NCBI GenBank assembly: GCA_965219685.1
Contig: CBDCOH010000002.1
Coordinates: 2,144,001 to 2,208,000 of the forward strand
DNA: 64,000 nt
Origin: Candidatus Spongiisociaceae bacterium
GTDB taxonomy: Bacteria > Actinomycetota > Acidimicrobiia > Spongiisociales > Spongiisociaceae
Reading direction: 5' to 3'
Numbering within the stretch: position 1 is the stretch's first letter; every line of letters starts with the position of its first letter. Positions 19,796-30,365 of this stretch are shown here, piece by piece. Under the pieces are notes generated by a model that was given only the letters and a program-made list of their open reading frames with translations, searched no databases and was not told the DNA's origin. Both the position numbers and the translations under genes were made by a program.

Positions 19796-20854
19796 TCAGG
19801 GTGCCAGCGCGCTCGCGCCCAGTCCTCGCTCGGCTAGGAGTTTGCGAAGGGCTATCGCCGGAGCGTCTACTCCCTTTATGTGGAGTTCGGCCGTGATGTC
19901 GAGCGGCAATTCCTCCGGTCGCTGTGCCTCGACGATCGGCTGATCCTGCATCGCGACCGTGTGCTGGGTGGACCGGTACTTCTCGTCCGACTCGGGGTCC
20001 AGGTCGTAGTTGCGGGTTATCCACGTGTACCGCCTAGTCCTGGTCTGGCCCATGGGCTGGAGAACGATGTCAAACCGGTAGTGGGCATCCGAAGTCTCCC
20101 CCTCGTCCGGTTGCTCCTCGTCGCCATGGAACACCTTCTCCGTGGGTCTGAACCCCGCCTCGGTGATCATGAACCAGAAGGGCAGCGTGAATCGGTAGAA
20201 GATACCCTCCCGCACCCAACCACCCTCGGCCGTCTCATCGCGAATGTCGGTCTCGACCACGTAGCTGAAGCCTTCGTCGTCGTGCGTCACCGGACCGGTG
20301 TACACCATCGGCCGCTCCGGATCACCGAGCAAGCCGGTGTGGACCCAGGCGAAGTGGCCGGCGTCGAGGAAGTTCTCCATCATCCGGCCGGCGCTCGCCT
20401 GCCATTCGAACGGAGGCAGGAAAATGGTCCGGCATGCCGGGTCGTCCCACTCCGGCATCGGGCCGGGCCCGTTGACCGGGTTTCCCAACGTGGCCCAGAT
20501 GACACCGAATCGTTCGATCGTGGGATAGGTGGGAACTCTCGCCTTGGAAGGGATAGGAGCTGACGGATCCCGCTGTGGGATCCGGACACACGCTCCCGAA
20601 CGATCGTACTGCCAGCCGTGGTAACCGCAGGTGAGTCTCGGCCCTTCGACCCACCCCATCGACAACGGGCTCCCGCGATGGATGCACAGATCCTTGTAGA
20701 CCACCGGCTCGCCCTCGAGCCTGACAACCGCAAGCCTCTCTCCATGCAGGCTGGTTCCCAAGGGCTTGTCGGTCACTTCCGACGACATCGCCACCGGATA
20801 CCAGTAGTCACGCGGGGCCGGGTGGACACCTGGATGCGGTTTCGTCTCGTTCAT
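19796..20854 (-). CDS. Rieske oxygenase alpha subunit (demethylase-like) #2
   Basis: YWYPV, CIHRG..CGYHGW, ENFLDAGHFAWVH, and EAQRPEELPLD motifs. Confidence 0.92.
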   Translation of the reverse strand: MNETKPHPGVHPAPRDYWYPVAMSSEVTDKPLGTSLHGERLAVVRLEGEPVVYKDLCIHRGSPLSMGWVEGPRLTCGYHGWQYDRSGACVRIPQRDPSAPIPSKARVPTYPTIERFGVIWATLGNPVNGPGPMPEWDDPACRTIFLPPFEWQASAGRMMENFLDAGHFAWVHTGLLGDPERPMVYTGPVTHDDEGFSYVVETDIRDETAEGGWVREGIFYRFTLPFWFMITEAGFRPTEKVFHGDEEQPDEGETSDAHYRFDIVLQPMGQTRTRRYTWITRNYDLDPESDEKYRSTQHTVAMQDQPIVEAQRPEELPLDITAELHIKGVDAPAIALRKLLAERGLGASALAP

Positions 20855-20933
20855 GGTCGCACAGCCTCCTATGTCACCTGCCGGTCCCGGAACCACCTCG
20901 GGATCCAACCGCGGGCTCTCTCGTTCGACCTGG

Positions 20934-23330
20934 TCAACTATGCCCCACCGAGTCGGCCCGGCCGGCACGCTGGATGAGACGGAGGACCAGCGGTGGCGAG
21001 ATCGGAGTACGGGTGATCTCCTCGATGTCGAATTCCGCCAGAGCGTCCTCAACCGCCGCAGCGATGGCCGGGGCCGGTCCGACGATCCCCGCCTCGCCCA
21101 CTCCCTTCGCCCCCCACGGGAGGAGGAGCGAGGGTGTCTCGATGTGCTCGATGTGGATGGGGGGCACCTCGGCTGCCGAGGGAAGGTGGTAGTCGAGGAA
21201 CGACGTCGACTGCGGGTTGCCGTATTCGTCGTAGTGGAACTCCTCGAGAATCGCCCCGCCTATGCCCTGGGCAATCCCGCCCGCGATCTGTCCCTCGACG
21301 ATCAGGGGATTGATCAGAGTGCCGCAGTCATGGACGATCAGATAGTCGAGTAGCTCGACATGCCCGGTCGTGATGTCGACCTTCACGACCGCCGCCTGAC
21401 TGGCGTTCGTATACGCCGCGCAGGCGTTCATCTTCCCGTCAGCATTGGGGACGTGGTCCAGTCCGGGCGGGTCGTAGAATGCCGTGGCCTCAAGGCCGGG
21501 ATCGACCTCGTCGGGTAGATTCATCACGAGGATGTTGGCGGTGGTCGCCACTTCCTTCCACGAAACCCGGGAGTCGGGGCTGCCTCTGACACCGAACCCG
21601 CCGTCCTGGATCTCGAGGTCGTCTGGGGAGGCTTCGAGCAGATGGGCGGCTATCAGGCGTCCCTTCCCGAGGATCTCCTCCACCGCCTTCTCGAGCGCCC
21701 CGGACGCTACGTTGGTACTGCGGCTCCCCCACGCGCCCAGGCTGTAGGGGGTGCGATCGGTGTCACCCATCACCACCCGGACGTCGGTGGCAGGAACGCC
21801 GAGGGACTCGGCGGTCAGCGTCGTCAGCATGGAGACCAGGCCTTGGCCCATGGCTTGGACACCTACCAGGACGACCACCGATCCGTCCGGGTTCATCCGG
21901 ACGGAGGCTGCGTCCTGCGAGGCCCAGTGTCCGGTCGTGCCGAAATAGGTGGGTGTGCCCCCCTCGACGTAGTTGGTCGCCGCAGTTCCGACCCGGACCG
22001 TCGGAACTCCCTCATACTCCTTGCGCCAACGCGCCACACTCGAGTCTGCCATCTCGACGAGGCGCTCGAACGCCAGCCGGTGGCTTCCCGAGTCGTATTC
22101 GGATCCCACGGCATTGGTGTAGGGCAGGTCGGACCGCTCGAGGAGATTGCGGCGACGGACTTCGAGACGGTCCAGGCCGAGCTTGTTCGCCGCCTTGTCC
22201 ATGAGACGCTCCATGGCGAATGCCGCCTCGGGAGCGCCGAACCCCCGGTACGCACCGCTGGGTGTCTTGTTGGTGACCACCGACGTGACGCCCACCGCCG
22301 CCAGCGGGATCTTGTACGGGCCGGTGAGCCCGCCCGCGGTGACATGTGCAGGCGCGAACCCGGCGGGTATCGCCTCACCGCTTCCGGCGTCCTGGTACAC
22401 CATTCCCCTGAGGGCCAGGAACCGCCCGCGACTGTCAACCGCGGCCTCCAAATCCACGTATGTCTCTCGAGCATGCACGCTCGAGACCATGTGCTCCCTT
22501 CGATCCTCGATCCAACGCACCGGTCGGCCGAGCCTCATGGCGACCCACGGGATCAACACTTCCTCGGGATAGAACTGGGCCTTGACACCGAAGCCCCCGC
22601 CGATGTCAGGGACCATCACCCGGATCGCGTCCTCGGACAGACCTAGCGTGTAGGACAGCAGGGTGCGGGCGATGTGGGGAAACTGGGTGGAACTCCACAC
22701 CGTCAAGCGCCCGTCCCGGAACTCGGCCAGCACGCCCCGGGTCTCCATGGGCACACCGCCATGACGTTGGAAGCCGTACCGACCGGAAACGACCTGGTGG
22801 GCTGCGAAGGCCTCGTCGACTGCATCGGACTGCGGTGCATATACGGTCAACCGGTTGTCGGCCCACTCCGGGTAGAGGAGCGCCGCCTCCGGGGCCAGCG
22901 CCTCCTCGACGGATGTCACTACCGGCAGGGGATCGACGTCGGGCATGACCGCGTCCCGGCCATCCTCGGCCTGGTAACGGTTTCCGGCCACCACCACTGC
23001 CAGCGGAGTCCCGACGAAACGAACACGTCCCCGGCCCAGCGGGAGGAGCTTCACCGGGTTGACGAACTCCTCGGGGTGAAAGTCGGGGAACGGGCTGACC
23101 TCGGTGAGATCGTCAGCCGTGAAGACACCGATTACCCCTTCGACGGCCAGTGCCTCGTCAACCTCTATCTCCTCCACGATCCCGTGGGCGACGGGACTGC
23201 GGACGATGGCAGCCTCCACCATGCCCGGCATCTTGATGTCGGCAACGTAAGCCGCTTGCCCGGCCAGGAGGCGGTCGTCCTCGAGTCGAGGAACGATTGC
23301 GCCGATCAGGGACGGTCGCAACACGGTCAT
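20934..23330 (-). CDS. Xanthine dehydrogenase-family molybdopterin-binding large subunit #1
   Basis: RLEDDRLLAG, STQFPH, GGGFGVK, AYRGFG and KGVGE motifs. Confidence 0.93.
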   Translation of the reverse strand: MTVLRPSLIGAIVPRLEDDRLLAGQAAYVADIKMPGMVEAAIVRSPVAHGIVEEIEVDEALAVEGVIGVFTADDLTEVSPFPDFHPEEFVNPVKLLPLGRGRVRFVGTPLAVVVAGNRYQAEDGRDAVMPDVDPLPVVTSVEEALAPEAALLYPEWADNRLTVYAPQSDAVDEAFAAHQVVSGRYGFQRHGGVPMETRGVLAEFRDGRLTVWSSTQFPHIARTLLSYTLGLSEDAIRVMVPDIGGGFGVKAQFYPEEVLIPWVAMRLGRPVRWIEDRREHMVSSVHARETYVDLEAAVDSRGRFLALRGMVYQDAGSGEAIPAGFAPAHVTAGGLTGPYKIPLAAVGVTSVVTNKTPSGAYRGFGAPEAAFAMERLMDKAANKLGLDRLEVRRRNLLERSDLPYTNAVGSEYDSGSHRLAFERLVEMADSSVARWRKEYEGVPTVRVGTAATNYVEGGTPTYFGTTGHWASQDAASVRMNPDGSVVVLVGVQAMGQGLVSMLTTLTAESLGVPATDVRVVMGDTDRTPYSLGAWGSRSTNVASGALEKAVEEILGKGRLIAAHLLEASPDDLEIQDGGFGVRGSPDSRVSWKEVATTANILVMNLPDEVDPGLEATAFYDPPGLDHVPNADGKMNACAAYTNASQAAVVKVDITTGHVELLDYLIVHDCGTLINPLIVEGQIAGGIAQGIGGAILEEFHYDEYGNPQSTSFLDYHLPSAAEVPPIHIEHIETPSLLLPWGAKGVGEAGIVGPAPAIAAAVEDALAEFDIEEITRTPISPPLVLRLIQRAGRADSVGHS

Positions 23331-23815
23331 CAGATTCTGCCCCAGGCTTCTTTGACAGCGTCGACGACTCCCACGTAGCCGGTACAACGACAGATGTTGC
23401 CGCTCAGCAGCTCGCGAATGCTCTCCTCGTCCGGGTAGTCGGATGGTTCGACGCCCGAAAGGGTCATCAAGAATCCGGGAGTGCAGAAACCACATTGCAG
23501 CCCATGCTGGTTCTTGAAGGCCTCCTGCAGGCGGTTCAGGCCCGCATCGTCGGAGATCCCCTCGACGGTGAGGATCTCCATCCCGTCGACCTGTGCTGCC
23601 AGCATGATGCAGGACCTGACGGGATCTCCGTCCACCAGCACCGTGCAAGCTCCACACACGCCATGCTCACAACCCAGGTGGGTGCCCGTAAGATCAAGCT
23701 GGTCGCGCAGGAAGTCGGCCAGGAGCAGGCGGCTGTCGACCGTGGCCTCGGTGAGTCTCCCGTTGATCGTCACGCTTACCAGCAGTTTGGACGCAGGTTG
23801 CCTTACCGGCCTCAT
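23330..23815 (-). CDS. Molybdoenzyme 2Fe-2S small subunit #1
   Basis: GCEHGVCGAC, QCGFCTPG and NICRCTGY motifs. Confidence 0.95.
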   Translation of the reverse strand: MRPVRQPASKLLVSVTINGRLTEATVDSRLLLADFLRDQLDLTGTHLGCEHGVCGACTVLVDGDPVRSCIMLAAQVDGMEILTVEGISDDAGLNRLQEAFKNQHGLQCGFCTPGFLMTLSGVEPSDYPDEESIRELLSGNICRCTGYVGVVDAVKEAWGRI

Positions 23816-24666
23816 CGGATCATCTCCACAAGAACACGATACGTGTATTCGCCCACCACCGCCGCACGATACGCTCCGTCCGCGTGCACATCACCGAAGG
23901 AAGGGTCAATCGCGGAGCCGGCAAGTCTCATCGCTTCCGTGAGGAGGTCGGGAGCCGGTTCGCGTCCGCGCACCGCATCCTCCGCTTCCGTCAACCGCTG
24001 AGGCACAGCATCGACTCCGAAGGCGACAATATCCAAGTCGGCGACCCTCCCACCCGACAGGGTGAGCTGGCCGCATACACCCGCCAGTGCAAAGTCTCCC
24101 TTCCGCAGGGAGAGCTCGAGGATGTGAGACCTTGCCGAGGGATTGATCGGGATCCTGATATCACACAGCATCTCGCTATCTCCGAGAACGGTCGTAAAGG
24201 GACCGACAAAGAACTCTTCGGCCGGGATCGAGCGCTCGCCTCCGGCGGATCGGACAACCATTGTCGCCCCCAAGCAGATCATCACGGCGGGCAACTCCGC
24301 AGCCGGGTCGGCATGGGCGAGCGAGCCCCCCACGGTCCCCCTGATCCGGTTCTGAAGATGGCCGATGTGAGAGATGGATTCTGAGAGCAACGGCGAGGCC
24401 GCCGCCACATCGGTAGACAGCTCCGCCACACGTTGCGGAACGCCCGCCCCTATCGAGAGCATGCCGCCCTCGACTCTGATGGCCCTGATCTCTTCAACCA
24501 GTGCGACATCGACCAGAACGGCGGGCCGGGCAAGGCGGAAGTTGAGAAGCGGTATCAGGCTCTGGCCACCTGCAAGGATCTTGGCGTCCGCTCCGTACTC
24601 GTCGAGAATCGACAACGCCTCCTCAAGGGTCTGCGGCCGGGCGTAGAGAAACTGCGGCGGCTTCAT
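23812..24666 (-). CDS. Molybdoenzyme FAD-binding medium subunit #1
   Basis: AGGQSL and RGTVGGSLAHADPAAE motifs. Confidence 0.95.
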   Translation of the reverse strand: MKPPQFLYARPQTLEEALSILDEYGADAKILAGGQSLIPLLNFRLARPAVLVDVALVEEIRAIRVEGGMLSIGAGVPQRVAELSTDVAAASPLLSESISHIGHLQNRIRGTVGGSLAHADPAAELPAVMICLGATMVVRSAGGERSIPAEEFFVGPFTTVLGDSEMLCDIRIPINPSARSHILELSLRKGDFALAGVCGQLTLSGGRVADLDIVAFGVDAVPQRLTEAEDAVRGREPAPDLLTEAMRLAGSAIDPSFGDVHADGAYRAAVVGEYTYRVLVEMIR

Positions 24667-24908
24667 ATCCCGGGCACGGCAGCCGAGCCGAGCACTCGTT
24701 GGAGCGACGTCCTACCCATGCCGCCCTATCCAAGCAGCCATGAGCCGGAGCAGTCGACATATGCTCCGATCCGGTCCGGCTGGAATGTCCCGCTCATACC
24801 AGGCGCTCTCCTGGGTTTGACTGGCGCGCGTCAACACTACTTCGGTCGCGGCTGCAGCCCTTTGACAGACAGACCAATAATCGTCTCTGGACCGATCGGA
24901 CCACTCCG

Positions 24909-25856
24909 CTACCTGCTCTCCCTCGCGAACGGTCTACCCAAAGCGTCCGGTGCTCCCAGGCGGCGGGCGGCCTCCGGGCGGGACGAAATCACCGCGAGCA
25001 CCAGGATGGTCATGATGAACGGAAGCATGGCCAGGAAGTCGGTGGGCACGCCGAACCCGACGATCTGGAACGTGAACCCCAACGTGGTGAGTGCGCCGAA
25101 CACGTACGCGGCCACCATCGCCCGCCATGGCCTCCATCCCGAGAAGATCACGAGACAGAACGCGATCCAGCCCAGCCCGGCGGTCAGGGAGTCCTGCCAG
25201 GTACCGAGTATCTGGATGGAGAGGTACGCCCCTGCCATCCCGGCCAGTGCCCCACCCACCAGCGTCGCGCCGTAACGAATCGCAACCACGGGTATCCCCG
25301 CCGCATCGGCGGTGGCAGGATCATCACCTACCGCCCACAATGAGAGTCCCGGCCTGGTACGGAACAGGAAGTAGCTCGCTACGGCCACGATCGCCCAGGA
25401 GAGGTAGATCACGACATCGTGGTCGAGGACGAGCGGTCCGACGATCGGCAGATCGGTCATGGCCTCCGGGAACAGACTCGAGAATCGGGCGCCGGGAGGC
25501 CGTCCGGTGAGCTTCGGGGTGGTGGCGTCACCGAGAAAGCCGGACAAACCCGTCCCGATGATCACGAGCGCCAAGCCGGAGATGATCTGGTTGACGCGCA
25601 GGCTGACAGCAAGGACAGCATGAACGGCAGCGAGCAGGGTGCCTGCGACTATGCCCACCAGCATCCCGAGCGCAAGGCTCTCTGTCTCGCTCGTGATCCA
25701 GAAGCCGCTCGCGGCTGATATCAGCATCATTCCCTCGATCCCGAGGTTCATGACCCCGGAGCGCTCCGCGAGGATCTCTCCGGTCGCGGCCAACAGCATC
25801 GGGGTGCCGGCAGCGATCATGGAAGCCAACGAGAGGATCAGGACCGTGTCGTTCAT
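24909..25856 (-). CDS. ABC permease (YufQ-like)
   Basis: ERSGVMNLGIEG motif; close paralog of 13678-14625. Confidence 0.92.
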   Translation of the reverse strand: MNDTVLILSLASMIAAGTPMLLAATGEILAERSGVMNLGIEGMMLISAASGFWITSETESLALGMLVGIVAGTLLAAVHAVLAVSLRVNQIISGLALVIIGTGLSGFLGDATTPKLTGRPPGARFSSLFPEAMTDLPIVGPLVLDHDVVIYLSWAIVAVASYFLFRTRPGLSLWAVGDDPATADAAGIPVVAIRYGATLVGGALAGMAGAYLSIQILGTWQDSLTAGLGWIAFCLVIFSGWRPWRAMVAAYVFGALTTLGFTFQIVGFGVPTDFLAMLPFIMTILVLAVISSRPEAARRLGAPDALGRPFARESR

Positions 25857-26956
25857 CAGCGACCGCGCCTTGCGACGAGGGTGACGCGGTAGCGGAGGAA
25901 GAACTCTCCCGCGGCCACGAACAACAGCACGAGACCTTGTAGCAGCAGGACGATGTCGATCGGGATGCCCATCTGCTGGAGCGCTGTCCCGGAACTGACG
26001 AGACCGGAAAGGAAGACCGCCACCGGAACCAGCATCAGGGGATGCAGGCGTGCCATGGAGGCTGCGATTATTCCCGTGAAACCGACCCCTGTCTCCAGCG
26101 CCGTGGGCTGGAGCGTGTGGTTGACGCCGGCCACCTCGACGGCTCCGCCGAGGCCCGCGAGGGCACCGGACACGCACAGCACGGCGATGATGTTTCGCGA
26201 GACGCTCATCCCGGCATATCTGCCGGCCGTCGGTGAGTCGCCTATGACCTTCGTTTCATAGCCCCACCGGCTCGACTTGAGCACCCACCACACCACCAGC
26301 GCGGCGAGAACGGCGACTAGGAATCCGACATGGAGGCGTCCCCAGAATCGGGGAAGCTCGGCTATTTCAGGAATCGGCTTCCCCGTGGCGTAGGCAACGC
26401 TCTCCGGATCCCGCCAGTAGCTGAAGCTCCCAAAGATCAGATACTCCATGAAGTGGGTCGCTATGAACGTCAGCATGAGGGTGGAGATGACCTCATCAGT
26501 GGAGAGGAAGACCTTCAGCGCTGCAGCGATTCCCGCCCACAACATCCCGCCGACGACTCCTGCAACCAGGATGGCGGGTATCAGCACCCAGAACGGTGCC
26601 TGCGGCAGAGCGATGGCAATACCGCTTGCCGCGACCGCTCCCATCATCAACTGGCCGTCCCCGCCGATATTCCAGATTCTCATCCTGAACGAGACGGCTG
26701 CGGCAAGCGCGGTGAACACCAGCGGCGTGGACAGCAGCAGCGTCCTCACTAGGGGATTCCTGCCACCGAAGGCCGACTGAACGAGTTCAACATAGGCTTC
26801 CAGAGGCGAGTGGCCATCGACCGCCAGTACAACTGCGCCGACCAGGGTGGCAGTCAGGACCGAGGCAATCGGAACCACAATCCGGGCCGCCGGCGAGGCC
26901 CTCTCTTTGGGCTCGAGACGCAGGCGAGCCCTCGGCACGTCGAAGGCCGTGCTCAT
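25856..26956 (-). CDS. ABC permease (YufP-like)
   Basis: WNIGGDGQ and EVISTLML motifs. Confidence 0.92.
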   Translation of the reverse strand: MSTAFDVPRARLRLEPKERASPAARIVVPIASVLTATLVGAVVLAVDGHSPLEAYVELVQSAFGGRNPLVRTLLLSTPLVFTALAAAVSFRMRIWNIGGDGQLMMGAVAASGIAIALPQAPFWVLIPAILVAGVVGGMLWAGIAAALKVFLSTDEVISTLMLTFIATHFMEYLIFGSFSYWRDPESVAYATGKPIPEIAELPRFWGRLHVGFLVAVLAALVVWWVLKSSRWGYETKVIGDSPTAGRYAGMSVSRNIIAVLCVSGALAGLGGAVEVAGVNHTLQPTALETGVGFTGIIAASMARLHPLMLVPVAVFLSGLVSSGTALQQMGIPIDIVLLLQGLVLLFVAAGEFFLRYRVTLVARRGR

Positions 26957-26960
26957 GGAC

Positions 26961-28544
26961 TCATGATCTGCGTACCCCGGCCATCATCAACCCGATCGCC
27001 TCGATGTCGAACTCGGTTGGATCCACCTGCCCGACGATCTCGCCCTCGAACATCACAAGGATGGTATCGGCAAGGGCCCGGACCTCATCGAGATCCTCCG
27101 ATATGAGCAAGATCCCGAGTCCACCAAGCGCAGCCTCGAGAAGGAGCCGACGCACAGAGTCTGTTGCGGCGAGATCGAGGCCCCTCGTCGGGGATGCCGC
27201 CAGCAACACGTTCGGGCCCTCCGAGATCTCGCGAGCGAGAATGGAACGCTGCAGGTTGCCTCCCGAGAGGAGGCGGATGGGAAGCTCTTCACGGCCACCG
27301 CGGATGTCGTACTCCTCCACCAGCCGCTCCGCCCTCTTGCGGATCTCCCTGTCCGAGAGCAACAAGCCGCGCGAAATCGGAGGCCGTCGGTAAGCCTTGA
27401 GGGCGAGATTCTCCTTCAGGGACAGATTGGAAGCCAGCCCCATCACCAGCCGGTCTTCGGGGACGAACCCGAATCCCGCCTTGATGCGCGCACGCGGACT
27501 TCTGTGCGTGACATCTTCCCCATCGATCGTAACCGACCCGTTCGCGGTCGGCCGTAGCCCCGCGATTGCCTCAGCCAGTTCGCGCTGCCCGTTACCGGCC
27601 ACACCGGCGATACCGACCACCCTGCCTCTGTGCACATCGATACTCACATCCCTGACGGCGTCCCTCCCGCGGTCACCCAGCACCGACAGCTCCCTGATTG
27701 TGAGAACCGGATCCCCAGGTTCAGGCTTCCGGACGTGCGGCACACTCGGCTCCCTTCCCCGTCCGTGCAAGACGAAGTCTCTGCCCACCATCATCCTGGC
27801 CAGCCGGCTCGCATCGGCTTCAGCGGTGGCCACCTCGCCGGTCTTCCGACCATCGACGAGCACGGACACCCGGTCGGAGACCTCCAACACCTCGTCGAGC
27901 TTGTGGGACACGAAGACGATTGCCCTCCCGTCCTCAGCAAGCTTGCGGACCCTGGCGATGAGCACGTGGGACTCCTGCGGCGTCAGCACGGCCGTCGGCT
28001 CGTCGAGAATCAGCACCCGCACTCCGCGATAGAGCAGCCGAAGGATCTCCACACGCTGTTGCTCGCCGACGGAGAGTTGCCAGGTTCTTGCCGAGGGAGA
28101 AACCGGCAAACCCACATCCTCGATAAACGCGCCGATCTCTGCTTCGATCTGGCTTCTCGGTAGCCGCACCGGCGTGTTGGGATGTCCAAGCACCAGGTTC
28201 TCGGCCACGGTGAACCGCTCCACCAGCCTGAAGTGCTGGTAGACCATGCCGATTCCCTTCGCCAGCGCATCGCTCGGTGACCGGAAGACCACAGGTTGCC
28301 CCTCAACGGTGATCTCACCCGAGTCGGGCCGATACAGACCCGCCAGGACCGAGCACAAGGTGGACTTGCCCGCCCCGTTCTCTCCAAGCAGAGCGTGAAC
28401 CTCACCCCAGCGGAGATCGAGGTCTACGCGGTCGTTGGCCTGGGCACCGTAAAAGGCCTTGGAGATAGACGCCGCGCGGACGGCCGCGACCGGAGCAGCC
28501 AGCGCACTCTTCGTGTCCTCAGCCACAGGAACGCCGCCGGTCAC
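26961..28544 (-). CDS. ABC ATP-binding protein (nucleoside-type)
   Basis: GENGAGKST and LSGGNLQR motifs; close paralog of 17290-18885. Confidence 0.93.
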   Translation of the reverse strand: MTGGVPVAEDTKSALAAPVAAVRAASISKAFYGAQANDRVDLDLRWGEVHALLGENGAGKSTLCSVLAGLYRPDSGEITVEGQPVVFRSPSDALAKGIGMVYQHFRLVERFTVAENLVLGHPNTPVRLPRSQIEAEIGAFIEDVGLPVSPSARTWQLSVGEQQRVEILRLLYRGVRVLILDEPTAVLTPQESHVLIARVRKLAEDGRAIVFVSHKLDEVLEVSDRVSVLVDGRKTGEVATAEADASRLARMMVGRDFVLHGRGREPSVPHVRKPEPGDPVLTIRELSVLGDRGRDAVRDVSIDVHRGRVVGIAGVAGNGQRELAEAIAGLRPTANGSVTIDGEDVTHRSPRARIKAGFGFVPEDRLVMGLASNLSLKENLALKAYRRPPISRGLLLSDREIRKRAERLVEEYDIRGGREELPIRLLSGGNLQRSILAREISEGPNVLLAASPTRGLDLAATDSVRRLLLEAALGGLGILLISEDLDEVRALADTILVMFEGEIVGQVDPTEFDIEAIGLMMAGVRRS

Positions 28545-28573
28545 CGACCCGAAACCCTATCGCCAGGGACTGG

Positions 28574-29743
28574 TCAGGACTCAGCTATCTCACCTTCGAT
28601 GTTCTGGTTCAGCCATGTGCAGCAAAGGACCCGCTCATCCAATGGAATCGTCTCTCCAGCAGCCACTTGGGTGTTTCCCTCATTGTCGACAAGTGGTCCG
28701 GCAAAAACGTCGAACGTGCCGTCGATGATCTGTTGACGTCGCTCCAGAGCCAGGTCAAGTACGTCTTGAGGGATATCAGGATGGAACTTGGATAGACCCA
28801 TGATCCCGTCGGCGAGCACTCCATAGTAGACGTGCGGCTCGAACGTGCCATCGCGTACGGATTCCGCCACCCAGACGTAGTAGGGCCCCCACTCGTACGT
28901 GAAGGCGGTGAGCCAATGGTCCGGCGCCAAGGCCGACTCGTCTTCACCGTAACCGAGGTACCAGGTGTCCTGGGCAGTGGCCACCTGGGCCGTGGCCGGC
29001 GAGTTCAGACCGGATACCAACACGTCGGCGCCCGCCGCCACGAAGGCCTCGGCGGCCTGCTGTTCCTTCGGCGGATCGAACCACGAGTTGGTGAATATGG
29101 CGAGGATCTTGGCGTCTGGATTCACCTCATGAACACCGAAGGCAAACCCGTTCAATTCCTTCACGACGCCCTCAAGCGGGAATCCGAGCACGTAGCCGAT
29201 GATGTTGGACTCCGTCATCGCGCCGGCGATGATCCCGTCGACGTACCTTCCCTCCTCGGCGGCGGCATCATAGGCTCCCGAGTTCTCCGTGTTCTCGTAC
29301 CCGCCCCAATGGAGGAATACCGTATCCGGGTACTGCGGAGCCACCTCTAGGATGTCGGGCTGGAAGAAGCTCGTCAGAATGACAATGTCATAGCCATCCT
29401 CCGCAAGCTCCGCCATCGCAGCCTGGCCGGGCTGACCGGGCAAGATCTGTTCCACGTTGACGGTCTCGATCCCAGGAAGCTGCTCCTCCACGTACTGACG
29501 CGCGCGGTCGTGACCCTGCCCCCAACCACCAACAATGCCCCCATCGTATATCCAAGCCATCCTGAGGCCTTCACCAGGCATAGCCGCCTCAGTGGTCGCC
29601 GGGGCCTGTGTCGTCGGTGCCTGGGTCGTCGGTGCCTGGGTGGTCGGCGCCTGAGTCGTCTCAACTTCATCGTCGCCACACGAAATGGCGACGAGCATAA
29701 CGACCACGGCTACAGCGAACGCCTTGAACATCCGGTTGATCAT
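28574..29743 (-). CDS. BMP-family substrate-binding lipoprotein (copy A)
   Basis: Lipobox VAISC, (TTQAP)n linker, GGWGQGHD and NSWFDP motifs. Confidence 0.93.
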   Translation of the reverse strand: MINRMFKAFAVAVVVMLVAISCGDDEVETTQAPTTQAPTTQAPTTQAPATTEAAMPGEGLRMAWIYDGGIVGGWGQGHDRARQYVEEQLPGIETVNVEQILPGQPGQAAMAELAEDGYDIVILTSFFQPDILEVAPQYPDTVFLHWGGYENTENSGAYDAAAEEGRYVDGIIAGAMTESNIIGYVLGFPLEGVVKELNGFAFGVHEVNPDAKILAIFTNSWFDPPKEQQAAEAFVAAGADVLVSGLNSPATAQVATAQDTWYLGYGEDESALAPDHWLTAFTYEWGPYYVWVAESVRDGTFEPHVYYGVLADGIMGLSKFHPDIPQDVLDLALERRQQIIDGTFDVFAGPLVDNEGNTQVAAGETIPLDERVLCCTWLNQNIEGEIAES

Positions 29744-29815
29744 CTTGACTCCTCCCGTGTCTCGAACCTGCCGTTCACACAGCCGTGTAGTTATGTCGAC
29801 GCGTTCCTCCGGTAC

Positions 29816-29850
29816 GTCGGCGGGTTCCTCCAGAATCGGACACTAGCAAC
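29816..29850 (-). promoter_or_regulatory. Conserved upstream/promoter block of BMP copy A
   Basis: 32/35 identical to 32673-32707. The minus strand contains TGCTAGTGT, an extended -10 like element. Confidence 0.6.
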
Positions 29851-30046
29851 GATGCATCGAGATTAGCCACCGTAAGCCGGTGTCACCGGCGTAGCAGAAC
29901 GTTACGGGAATGGCTTGCGCCAACACGACCACTGTTCCGGCACCCACCTGCCAGCCTCCGGACCTGAATCCCCGATGTGGAGTTCCCCCAGGTGGCCTAA
30001 CCCGGTCGGGCACCGAACTGGCCTTCCCGACCAATCGGGCGATCCT

Positions 30047-30230
30047 CTAATGCCGGTATGGACCGATAGTGAGTTGCACGCGGCCGGCTACGCGCTCGGA
30101 AGCCTGCTGTGCACGCTCCAGCAGTTGCCCCTCCTCCAACTCAGATAGTGCAGTGAGGCGACCCCCGTGCATCAGAATCCTGCCATCGACTACCACGGTG
30201 GCGACCTCGTGACGGACATCGTGACGGCAC
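30047..30230 (-). pseudogene. Orphan C-terminal fragment of an amidohydrolase (MTA/SAH or guanine deaminase type)
   Basis: Manual translation of the minus strand gives HEVATVVVDGRILMHGGRLTALSELEEGQLLERAQQASERVAGR...*. An in-frame stop lies at 30275-30277 upstream. Confidence 0.65.
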
Positions 30231-30365
30231 CGGTACTGGCTCTCCAGGATTAGGCCGGTCCATTCTTTGAGAACCTAATCACGGCGGGGTACCCGCGGTC
30301 GCTTGGCCCACTGGTCCGCCTTTGATCAAGACCCAACACGCGTCAGGTTGGCCGATTGGCTCTAA

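Noticed and set aside
24817-24834. TTGAC-N8-GTCAA inverted repeat upstream of Mo-enzyme set #1
   Set aside because: A single short instance with no supporting second site or well-spaced -10 element.
29590-29660. 15-bp repeats in BMP genes as a mobile or contingency element
   Set aside because: They encode the ordinary TTQAP lipoprotein linker.
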